Assembly: GCA_030668875.1 (NCBI GenBank) | Contig: DAOVER010000054.1 | Location: 1-19,626 of the forward strand | Length of the DNA: 19,626 nt | Direction of reading: 5' to 3' | DNA from: Candidatus Heimdallarchaeota archaeon | GTDB taxonomy: Archaea > Asgardarchaeota > Heimdallarchaeia > Heimdallarchaeales > Heimdallarchaeaceae | In this document: in pieces, positions 1 through 7,431 of the stretch | How positions within the stretch are numbered: the first letter of the stretch is position 1 | Layout of the letters: the number at the start of each line of letters is the position of its first letter | The notes under the pieces: model-generated | Database searches by the model: none | Told to the model about the DNA's origin: nothing | The model's input: only the letters and a program-made list of their open reading frames with translations | Program-made: the position numbers and the translations under genes

Positions 1-1536
1 ATAGTCACTAGAAGAAACAGTAGCAAGGAGTAAGAGTCCTTCAACAGACCAGATGTAAGAGGTTGAACGATAAACATAGTAAGTGGTTGCTCCAAGTACA
101 TTATTCCAATCTAGATTTACAGTATCAAGTTCAGTTGGATTAGGGACAATAAAAGCTAGTTCAGGAGCAGCAGGAGGACCTGCTAATAGTTTGTAAAAGA
201 TGTCCCAATCAGTTCCAGCACCAGCAAAATCAGTTATATCTTCCCATGCTATATATACATTCTTAGCAGAATCAACTGTAAGAGAAGAAGAGAAAGAATT
301 AGCTGTACTTTCGGTGGAAACAACTTCTGTAATAGTCCAAGAGGAGGAAGAGTCCCAGCATTTGTAGAAAATATCTAAATCTGATCCAGCTCCAGCATAA
401 TCAGTCCAATCATGCCATGCTATATAAATATTACCAGTATAATCAACTGCAAGAGAAGGAAAGTGAGAATCAGCTGTACTTTCGGTGGAAACAACTTCTG
501 TAGTAGTCCATAAGGAGGTAGAAGCTTCCCAGCGTTTATAGAAAATATCCCAATCTGGTCCAGCACTTGCATAATTAGTAGTATCATACCATGTTATATA
601 GATATTACCAGTATAATCAACTGCAAGAGAAGGATATTGAGAATCAGCTGTACTTTCTGTAGAAACAACTTCTGTCGCGGTCCATGAGGAGGTAGAAGCT
701 TCCCAGCATTTGTAGAATATATCCTTATCTGTTCCAGCTCCAGCATAATCAGTAACATCATGCCATGTTATATAGATATTACCAGTATAATCAACCGCAA
801 GAGAAGGAAAGTAAGAAGTACTTGTACTTTCTGTAGAAACGACTTCTGTCGCGGTCCATGAGGAGGAAGAAGCATCCCAGCGTTTGTGGAAGATATCTGG
901 ATCCATTCCAGCTCCAGCATAATCGGTATCATCCCGCCACGTTATATGAATATTCCCTGCAGCATCCACAGCAAGAGAAGGATGCCAAGAATCACCTGTA
1001 CTTTCTGTAGAAACGACTTCTGTCGCGGTCCATGAGGAGGTAGAAGCTTCCCAGCATTTGTAGAATATATCCGCATCTGATCCAGCTCCAGCATAATCAG
1101 TTAAATCCCGCCACGCTATATAGATATTACCAGCAGAATCAACTGCAAGAGAAGGATATTGAGAATGACCTGTACTTTCGGTGGAAACCACCTCTGTTGT
1201 GGTCCAGGAGGAGGAAGAGTTCCAGCGTTTGTAGAATATATCCATATCTGTTCCCGCACCATTATAATCAGTCCAATCTTCCCACGCTATATGCATATTC
1301 CCTGCAGAATCAACAGCATGAGAAGGATACTCAGACCAACCTGTACTTTCGGTGGATACGACTTCTGTAGTACTCCATTTCCAATCAGTTCTATCAAAGG
1401 AATCTGTGTTGTATTGATTATGTGTTTTATCTAATGGCGTTTTTACGCTAGAAGTATTAAGAGAAGAAGAGCTTATTAAAAAAACAATAAGAAGAATACT
1501 TAAAACTATAGATGGTTTATTTTTTTTCTTTTTCAT
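1..1536 (-). CDS. Secreted/surface protein: signal peptide, 7 x 57-58 aa beta-propeller-like repeats, then an FN3-like domain; 3' end truncated by the window edge
   Basis: Manual translation from ATG 1536 is open for 512 codons to position 1: MKKKKNKPSIVLSILLIVFLISSSS (basic + hydrophobic signal), repeats WT.TEVVSTEST..S..PSLAVD..GNIYI.W.D.TDYAGAG.D.DIFYK.W, then PPAAPEL..VPNPTELDTVNLDWNNVLGATTYYVYRS (FN3-like L.W...Y.VYR). Not in the ORF track because its stop lies outside the window. Confidence 0.9.
   Translation of the reverse strand, partial: MKKKKNKPSIVLSILLIVFLISSSSLNTSSVKTPLDKTHNQYNTDSFDRTDWKWSTTEVVSTESTGWSEYPSHAVDSAGNMHIAWEDWTDYNGAGTDMDIFYKRWNSSSSWTTTEVVSTESTGHSQYPSLAVDSAGNIYIAWRDLTDYAGAGSDADIFYKCWEASTSSWTATEVVSTESTGDSWHPSLAVDAAGNIHITWRDDTDYAGAGMDPDIFHKRWDASSSSWTATEVVSTESTSTSYFPSLAVDYTGNIYITWHDVTDYAGAGTDKDIFYKCWEASTSSWTATEVVSTESTADSQYPSLAVDYTGNIYITWYDTTNYASAGPDWDIFYKRWEASTSLWTTTEVVSTESTADSHFPSLAVDYTGNIYIAWHDWTDYAGAGSDLDIFYKCWDSSSSWTITEVVSTESTANSFSSSLTVDSAKNVYIAWEDITDFAGAGTDWDIFYKLLAGPPAAPELAFIVPNPTELDTVNLDWNNVLGATTYYVYRSTSYIWSVEGLLLLATVSSSDY
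190..1377 (-). repeat. Seven coding tandem repeats, 171/174-nt period
   Basis: The anchor (c/t)tgtactt recurs at 303, 474, 648, 822, 996, 1170 and 1341, giving spacings of 171, 174, 174, 174, 174 and 171 nt; all are multiples of 3. Confidence 0.95.
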
Positions 1537-1560
1537 AATATAACCTTTTTTTTAATTATT

Positions 1561-1604
1561 ATTTCGTTCAAGTTCAAACGAAATTTTTCATATTGTGTAC
1601 AATA
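1561..1604. promoter_or_regulatory. Two adjacent palindromes in the divergent intergenic region (candidate operator sites)
   Basis: ATTTCGTT-N8-AACGAAAT (1561-1584) and TATTGT-GT-ACAATA (1591-1604), 25-68 nt upstream of the ATG at 1536. Confidence 0.3.
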
Positions 1605-1869
1605 GGTGTGAAAAATAAAAGCATTTTCCCTTTAGTTCAGATTTACCTCTAATTTTCTTTCTCCTTTAACCACCAAAAAAGACAAAATTACAGATGGAAA
1701 ATAATGTTTTTCACAAATTACTCAAAGCAGATTCATGCTCTAGAACAATATTTATTTAAGATTTTGGAGCATTTTTCTTTCTCCATAAGTTTATAAAGAT
1801 AACTTGAGAGTTCTACTAGATTACAGTGTTGTTCACAGAATTACATTGTAAACTGAAATAAACTTGGAT

Positions 1870-2292
1870 ATGGTAAATATGAAAATAGAATTTGAACCTA
1901 AATTATTCTTTTGGATTACTGCTGTTGTTGCCGGTGCCTTTGGTTTAGCTTTCATCTTTGGACCACAATTCATGTACGAGCTAATTGGTTTCTCCTCTGA
2001 TGCAGATGGCTATCTGATGGTACGATTCTTTGGTTTAATGGTTTTGGGCGTAAGTATCCTCACCTTTTGGGCTAGAAACTCCGAACTTTCTCAAACAAGA
2101 GAAGCAATTATACTCATGCTAACAGTTTGTTACACTTTGATGACAATAACACATTTGCTTGTGATGTTTATACGAGGACCACCTCTACTAACAAATGTTT
2201 GGCTATGGATTGTTGTAGTTCTACATCTCAGCTTAGTAGGAATCTATGGATACTTCTTAATAAGAGACTGGAAAAAAGTGAGAGCGTTATAA
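1870..2292 (+). CDS. Small integral membrane protein, about 4 TM helices, function unknown
   Basis: Four hydrophobic segments (LFFWITAVVAGAFGLAFIFG; LMVRFFGLMVLGVSILTFW; AIILMLTVCYTLMTITHLLVMF; VWLWIVVVLHLSLVGIYGYFLI) and a basic C-tail. ATG at 1870 or 1879 is preferred over TTG 1864. TATA-like TTTATAAA at 1790-1797. Confidence 0.8.
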   Translation: MVNMKIEFEPKLFFWITAVVAGAFGLAFIFGPQFMYELIGFSSDADGYLMVRFFGLMVLGVSILTFWARNSELSQTREAIILMLTVCYTLMTITHLLVMFIRGPPLLTNVWLWIVVVLHLSLVGIYGYFLIRDWKKVRAL

Positions 2293-2434
2293 TTTTAGAG
2301 AAGAAGGAATCACTATTATGTATTCTTTCATTTTCTTTTCTAAAAATCTTAAATGAGATAATGTCTTCTATTTGACAAATTTCTATGAATTTATCCGTAA
2401 ATCTAAATTATTGGAACTATTCCCAGCTTATGTT

Positions 2435-2481
2435 ATACACATTTCCCGCAAAATTCATATGACATATATAGTAATGTGTAT
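2435..2481 (+). promoter_or_regulatory. 9-bp inverted repeat ending 2 nt before the ssnA start codon
   Basis: ATACACATT (2435-2443) and AATGTGTAT (2473-2481), with a central palindrome TCATATGA (2455-2462). Confidence 0.3.
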
Positions 2482-2483
2482 CC

Positions 2484-3776
2484 ATGAAGGCTATAATCAA
2501 TGTGAAAATATATGATTATGAAACCTATATTGAAAACGGTTTTTGTATTTATGGTAAAGAGATCAACGCAGTCGGAAATATGAAGAATTTTCCTGATTTT
2601 GATGGTGAAATTATTGACGGTAAGAACAAAATTCTCCTTCCAGGACTTATCAATTCTCACACCCATATCTATTCTACACTTGTTCGAGGAGCTTCCATTC
2701 CTTTTAATCCTAAGAGTTTCAGAGACATTCTAGAACAGCTCTGGTGGAAGTTCGATAGCAAGCTAGATAATACCTCTACTTTCCATAGTGCAATGGTTTA
2801 TGGTTTGGAATCGTTGAAAAATGGTGTAACTTCATTAATAGATCATCATGCAAGTGGAATAGACATTATAGGTAGTATTGAGGCACTAAAGAAAGCTATT
2901 GTTGATAAGCTTGGTATGCGTGGAATTTTCTGTTTTGAGACTAGTGATCGTTTTGATGTTGATGAATGTATTGAAGAAAACTTAGCTGGTTTGGAATATG
3001 ATTCTTTTGACGCTAGTGGAATGTTCGGTTTGCATGCTTCTATGAGTCTTTCAGAAGAAACTCTCGATAAGGTATCTCGAGTTCTCAAAGGTGCTCCTAT
3101 CCATGTTCATGTAGCTGAGAGTATAGAGGATGAAGATGATTCAATTGACAAATATAGGATGAGAGTTATCAATCGTTATCTAAACTACGGTCTTTTGAAT
3201 AAAGATTCTATTCTCGCTCATTGTGTTCATATTAATGAAGATGAAGCTAAATTCATTAGTCAAAATAAAGCTGTTATCGCTCTCAATCCAACTTCGAATA
3301 TGAACAATGCTGTTGGTTCTTTTAACATTGATCTTTTCAGAGATAATAATATCCAAATACTAATAGGAAATGATGGTCTAGGAACTAATATTGCAAAAGA
3401 ATGGACTTACTTCTTCTTTGCAGGAAAAGCTGGAATTAATGATGCAGCAGGAATTGGTTTCGATGAGTTGTTAAAGTATATTAATGATTCATATGACTAT
3501 TTTGGTAGAAGAATGGGTATAAAGATAGGAAAAATCAAGAAGGAATATGTAGCTGATTTTGTGCTAGTTCCTTATATTAATCCCACTGAAATGAATTCTG
3601 GAAATGCTTTTGGTCATGTTTTCTTTGGTTTATTTGACAATTTCAAACCATCTTGTGTGATAGTTAAAGGTGAAACTCTCATAGAGAACTACAAGAGCGT
3701 CTTTGATGAGGAAACATTATATAATAATGCTCGAATTTCTTCTAAAGCCTTATGGAAAAGGTTAGGTGACGTTTAA
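2484..3776 (+). CDS. ssnA: SsnA-like metal-dependent amidohydrolase (chlorohydrolase/aminohydrolase family), purine catabolism-associated
   Basis: Metal-ligand motifs PGLINSHTHIYS, GLHAS, HVHVAE, AHCVH, GNDG. LEQLWWKFD and TSLIDHHASG are typical of the SsnA subfamily. Context next to xdh genes. Confidence 0.85.
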   Translation: MKAIINVKIYDYETYIENGFCIYGKEINAVGNMKNFPDFDGEIIDGKNKILLPGLINSHTHIYSTLVRGASIPFNPKSFRDILEQLWWKFDSKLDNTSTFHSAMVYGLESLKNGVTSLIDHHASGIDIIGSIEALKKAIVDKLGMRGIFCFETSDRFDVDECIEENLAGLEYDSFDASGMFGLHASMSLSEETLDKVSRVLKGAPIHVHVAESIEDEDDSIDKYRMRVINRYLNYGLLNKDSILAHCVHINEDEAKFISQNKAVIALNPTSNMNNAVGSFNIDLFRDNNIQILIGNDGLGTNIAKEWTYFFFAGKAGINDAAGIGFDELLKYINDSYDYFGRRMGIKIGKIKKEYVADFVLVPYINPTEMNSGNAFGHVFFGLFDNFKPSCVIVKGETLIENYKSVFDEETLYNNARISSKALWKRLGDV

Positions 3777-4853
3777 ATGGATCTTTCAGTAAAAATTCTT
3801 GGTTTGCATTTTGAAAATCCTCTTGGTCCAGCAGCTGGTCCTATCGTAGAAGGACTTGAAAATATGCTGTTCTTCAATAATAACACATGTGGTTTTAATG
3901 TTGCTAAGACTATTTCTGTTGAAGGGGCTATTGTTCCTAAGCCATGTATTGCAGGTACTTCAAATACTATCTACAACTGTGAACTTTGGTCTGAGTTGCA
4001 TTCAGATGTCTGGATAAATGAAATTCTTCCAACTATTCACAAAGATAAGAAAAAACCTGTAATCATCAGTGCTGGTTACAAAGAAGAAGATTTTAGATAT
4101 CTTATTCCAAAACTTGATCCTTTTGCGGATATGTTTGAGATTTCTACTCATTATGTTTCAGAAGATCTTCTAGCAGGTATAGTGAAAAGTATCCGAGAAA
4201 ACACTGACAAACCTATTTTTATGAAACTCAGTCCTCATGTAGATGATTTTCTTGGATTTGTCAGAACTGTGATTGATGCTGGAGCTACAGGTATTGTAGC
4301 AATAAATTCACTGGGACCAGGTACAGCAATAGATTTGAAAAAACGTTCAGTTCTTTTAGCTGAGCAAATATGGATGAGTGGTCCTTCAATTAAACCTATA
4401 GCACTTCACAGAATTTACAACATTAGAAAATCATTCCCTGATATACCAATTATTGGTGTTGGAGGTATAGGAAGGGCTGAAGATGTACTTGAATTCATTC
4501 TTGCAGGAGCAGATCTTGTGCAAATGCTTTCTTCTGCCTTAATTAAAGGGAGACATTTGTATGATACAATAATAAAAAATCTTCCAACAGCTCTTGAAAA
4601 ATACGGTTTTTCATCGATTGAAGAGATTAGGAAAATTAGAAAGGAAACTATTTTCAAGGATATAGATACAGCTGTTGATAACTATCCATCTTTCAACGAA
4701 AAGTGTAACATGTGTGGACTCTGTGTTCGTATATGTCCAGCTGGAGCTTTATCTGAGGCAGAAACCATAATTGTAGATAAAGAGAAATGTATACACTGTG
4801 GATTATGTGAATCACGTTGTCCACAAAATGCAATATATGGAGTGCTTAGATGA
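3777..4853 (+). CDS. FMN TIM-barrel oxidoreductase (DHOD/PreA-like fold, YgfK N-terminal-like) with C-terminal 2x[4Fe-4S] domain
   Basis: NPLGPAAGP, KT, FMKLSP, INSLG, MSGPSIKPIAL, PIIGVGGI, AGADLVQ (DHOD-type FMN barrel). Two ferredoxin motifs, CNMCGLCVRICP and CIHCGLCESRCP. No N-x-S-C-P-N catalytic loop (EISTHY instead). ATG directly follows the ssnA TAA; SD AGGTGA at 3764-3769. Confidence 0.8.
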   Translation: MDLSVKILGLHFENPLGPAAGPIVEGLENMLFFNNNTCGFNVAKTISVEGAIVPKPCIAGTSNTIYNCELWSELHSDVWINEILPTIHKDKKKPVIISAGYKEEDFRYLIPKLDPFADMFEISTHYVSEDLLAGIVKSIRENTDKPIFMKLSPHVDDFLGFVRTVIDAGATGIVAINSLGPGTAIDLKKRSVLLAEQIWMSGPSIKPIALHRIYNIRKSFPDIPIIGVGGIGRAEDVLEFILAGADLVQMLSSALIKGRHLYDTIIKNLPTALEKYGFSSIEEIRKIRKETIFKDIDTAVDNYPSFNEKCNMCGLCVRICPAGALSEAETIIVDKEKCIHCGLCESRCPQNAIYGVLR

Positions 4854-6061
4854 ACAATCACATATTGAAATGTATAACTTGTAAAAAAGAATTTGATCCA
4901 AAACCAGGTCTCTATTACTGTGAAGATTGTGGTCAGATTATGGGTACTTTGGAAGTTGTTTATGATTATGATACCTTAAGAGAGGATAATTTTCTAAAGG
5001 AAAGAATTTTTGATAAGAAGGCTTCTATGTATCAGTTTGATTTTCTTCTCCCAACCAAACCAAAATGCAAATTTGATGAGCACATTGGTGGAACACCTTT
5101 GTTCAGATTTGATCTTTTAGGTATCAAGAATGTACTAGTCAAATATGATGGTTCCAATCCATCTAGTTCCTACAAAGATCGTGCAAGTTCAGTTGCTATC
5201 AATAAAGCTCTTGATGAAGGTAACGACATTCTTTTTTGTGCATCAACTGGAAATGCAGCTTCATCATTAGCTACTCTTAATGCTCATACTGATATGAAAA
5301 CATACATTTTCGTTCCTGCATCAATACCAGCTGGTAAGAGAGCTCAACTAGAAATTTCTGGAGCAGAGGTAATGGCAGTTGAAGGAACATACGACGAGGT
5401 TTATGATGTGTCCCTTGAACTTGGACTCAAAAAAGGTTGGTACTGTAGACATGCTGCAATCAATCCCTATCTTCTTGAAGGAAAGAAAACTGGAGCATTT
5501 GAGATAGCTATTCAGAACGATTTTGTTATGCCTGATTATGTTCTTGTAGGAGTAGGTGATGGAACAGTAATTAGTTCTCTTTACAAAGGATTCTGGGAAT
5601 TCAAGGAAATTGGTTTAACAGACAAGATTCCCAGAATCATTGGCGTTCAAGCTGAAGGTATACCTGCGATAAAGGAAGCATTTGATAAAGGAAAACCATA
5701 TACACCTGTATCAATCAAAGGTAAAACTGTCGCTGATAGTATCTCTGTTGGTAAACCACGTGATGTCATTAAAGCATGTACCTATATTGAAGCTTGTAAT
5801 GGTTATTTCATCACTCTGTCAGATGAAGAAATTCTTGATGCAATAACAGAATTAGGGAAAGAAACTGGCTTATTCGCAGAACCAGCTGGAGCTGTACCTT
5901 ATGGTGGGCTGAAAAAACTTATTTACGAAGAAAAAATAACCGAATCAGATACTGTTTGTCTTGTTATTACCGGTAATGGACTTAAAGATGTCAATGCAGT
6001 TGAAGGTTTGATAAACACAGGATCCTTATCAATTAAGGAATTAGAAAAAAGGTTTGAATGA
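4850..6061 (+). CDS. Threonine synthase-like PLP-dependent enzyme (fold type II) with N-terminal CxxC..CxxC zinc ribbon
   Basis: NPSSSYKDR (PLP Lys), ASTGNAASSLA, VGVGDG, ADSISVG, AEPAGA, VITGNGLKD. ATGA overlap with the upstream gene. Confidence 0.85.
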   Translation: MNNHILKCITCKKEFDPKPGLYYCEDCGQIMGTLEVVYDYDTLREDNFLKERIFDKKASMYQFDFLLPTKPKCKFDEHIGGTPLFRFDLLGIKNVLVKYDGSNPSSSYKDRASSVAINKALDEGNDILFCASTGNAASSLATLNAHTDMKTYIFVPASIPAGKRAQLEISGAEVMAVEGTYDEVYDVSLELGLKKGWYCRHAAINPYLLEGKKTGAFEIAIQNDFVMPDYVLVGVGDGTVISSLYKGFWEFKEIGLTDKIPRIIGVQAEGIPAIKEAFDKGKPYTPVSIKGKTVADSISVGKPRDVIKACTYIEACNGYFITLSDEEILDAITELGKETGLFAEPAGAVPYGGLKKLIYEEKITESDTVCLVITGNGLKDVNAVEGLINTGSLSIKELEKRFE

Positions 6062-7431
6062 TGAAGTCAATTCTTAACCAAGAGATAATAAAAATAGATG
6101 AACCATTAGGTAACTCTACACTTGATTTCTTACGAAATAAAGGTATGAAAGGAGTTAAGGAAGCATGTCATGAAGGGGAGTGTGGAGCATGTATGGTGCT
6201 TCTTGGTGAGTTAAAGGATAAAAGTGTAGAATATAAAGCTGTTACATCTTGTCTTCTCCCCCTAGGTGAAATTGTTGGCAAACATATTGTAACAATTGAA
6301 GGATTAAATCAAGAAGACTTGAGTCCCATTCAACAAGCGTTGGTAGATGAAGGAGCAAGTCAATGTGGTTTTTGTACACCAGGATTCGTCGTTAGTTTGA
6401 CTGGATTTTTCCTAAATGAAAAACTTGAGAAAAAAGATATTCTAACATCAATTGAAGGGAATATATGTCGATGTGGAACATATGCTGCGATTATAAGAGC
6501 AGCAGAAAAGTTAGCTAAGGAAATCTCTATGAAGGATAAAAAATCAAAAGAAAGAATCCAACAACTTATTGAAAATCGTATTTTACCTGCCTATTTCTTG
6601 GATATACCTAATCAGCTTGAAAAATTAAAAGAATCGAGTGAAACAAAACTGCCTAAAGAAGGGACTTACGTTGCAGGAGCGACAGATTTGTTAGTTCAGC
6701 ATGAGAGCCTATCTGATCCACTCTTTTTGTCAGAAAAGAAACTTTCTGGAATAAGTTTAGATGGAGAGTACATCTATATTGGTGCAACGACAACTATGGA
6801 AGATATTCGCATTTCAGAAGAGATGAATACGCTTTTCGATACTAAACAAGATATTTCTCTAGTTTCCTCATTTCCTATTAGATTACAAGCTACTTTAGGA
6901 GGTAATCTCGTTAATGCTTCTCCCATTGGGGATCTCATTATCTATTTTCTTGCTCTAGACGCAGAAATAAGTCTTAAGAGTGAAAAAGACAGGAGAATTA
7001 TCAAACTTAGAGATTTCTATAAAGATTATAAAATAATGGATATTAATGAGGGGGAGATAGTTGAATGGCTTAGAATCAATAGTAAAGAGAGGTTATTTAA
7101 CTTTGAAAAAGTAGCGCGAAGGAAATATATGGACATAGCTAGTGTCAATAGTGCTATTTCATTTGATTTGAACAATGATAAAATACAAAACGTTCATTTA
7201 TCTGCTGGAGGAGTAGCTCCTGTTCCTAAGTATCTGGAAAAAACTTCTGACTATCTTGAGAACAAGAAGATCTCAGAAGATATACTAAAAGAAGCTGTAA
7301 AAATTGCTGATTCTGAGATTAATCCCATAGATGATGTTCGGGGATCAGCTCGTTATAAGAGATTACTCTTTAGACAGTTAATTTATGCTCATTTCTTAAC
7401 ACTATTTCCTGATTTGGAGGTATCACTATGA
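6058..7431 (+). CDS. xdhA: Xanthine dehydrogenase small subunit, fused 2x[2Fe-2S] + FAD-binding domains
   Basis: GVKEACHEGECGAC..C and SQCGFCTPG..GNICRCG (2Fe-2S); VAGATDL, ATLGGNLVNASPIGD and PIDDVRGSARYKR (FAD domain). ATGA overlaps on both sides. Confidence 0.93.
   Translation: MMKSILNQEIIKIDEPLGNSTLDFLRNKGMKGVKEACHEGECGACMVLLGELKDKSVEYKAVTSCLLPLGEIVGKHIVTIEGLNQEDLSPIQQALVDEGASQCGFCTPGFVVSLTGFFLNEKLEKKDILTSIEGNICRCGTYAAIIRAAEKLAKEISMKDKKSKERIQQLIENRILPAYFLDIPNQLEKLKESSETKLPKEGTYVAGATDLLVQHESLSDPLFLSEKKLSGISLDGEYIYIGATTTMEDIRISEEMNTLFDTKQDISLVSSFPIRLQATLGGNLVNASPIGDLIIYFLALDAEISLKSEKDRRIIKLRDFYKDYKIMDINEGEIVEWLRINSKERLFNFEKVARRKYMDIASVNSAISFDLNNDKIQNVHLSAGGVAPVPKYLEKTSDYLENKKISEDILKEAVKIADSEINPIDDVRGSARYKRLLFRQLIYAHFLTLFPDLEVSL

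Noticed and set aside
190-1377. CRISPR array or DGR template/variable repeats
   Set aside because: The repeats are in-frame coding units of 171/174 nt without unique spacers. Variable codons (TGG, CGG, GAA, TTA) are not limited to adenine positions, and no reverse transcriptase is in the window.
1159-1434. 91-aa + strand ORF
   Set aside because: Antisense shadow of the propeller gene.
2354-2424. Purine-riboswitch look-alike upstream of the purine operon (ATAAT, TGTC/GACA stem, TTTCTA at 2380, CCGTAAA at 2395, AACTAT)
   Set aside because: L2 lacks the GG needed to pair with the L3 CC, spacing between TTTCTA and CCGTAAA is 2 nt too long, and P1 is poor. An Infernal scan with the Rfam purine model would settle it.
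3777-6061. Labelling these genes pyrD/preA and thrC
   Set aside because: The DHOD catalytic Cys loop is missing, and the context is purine catabolism rather than pyrimidine or threonine synthesis, so symbols were withheld.
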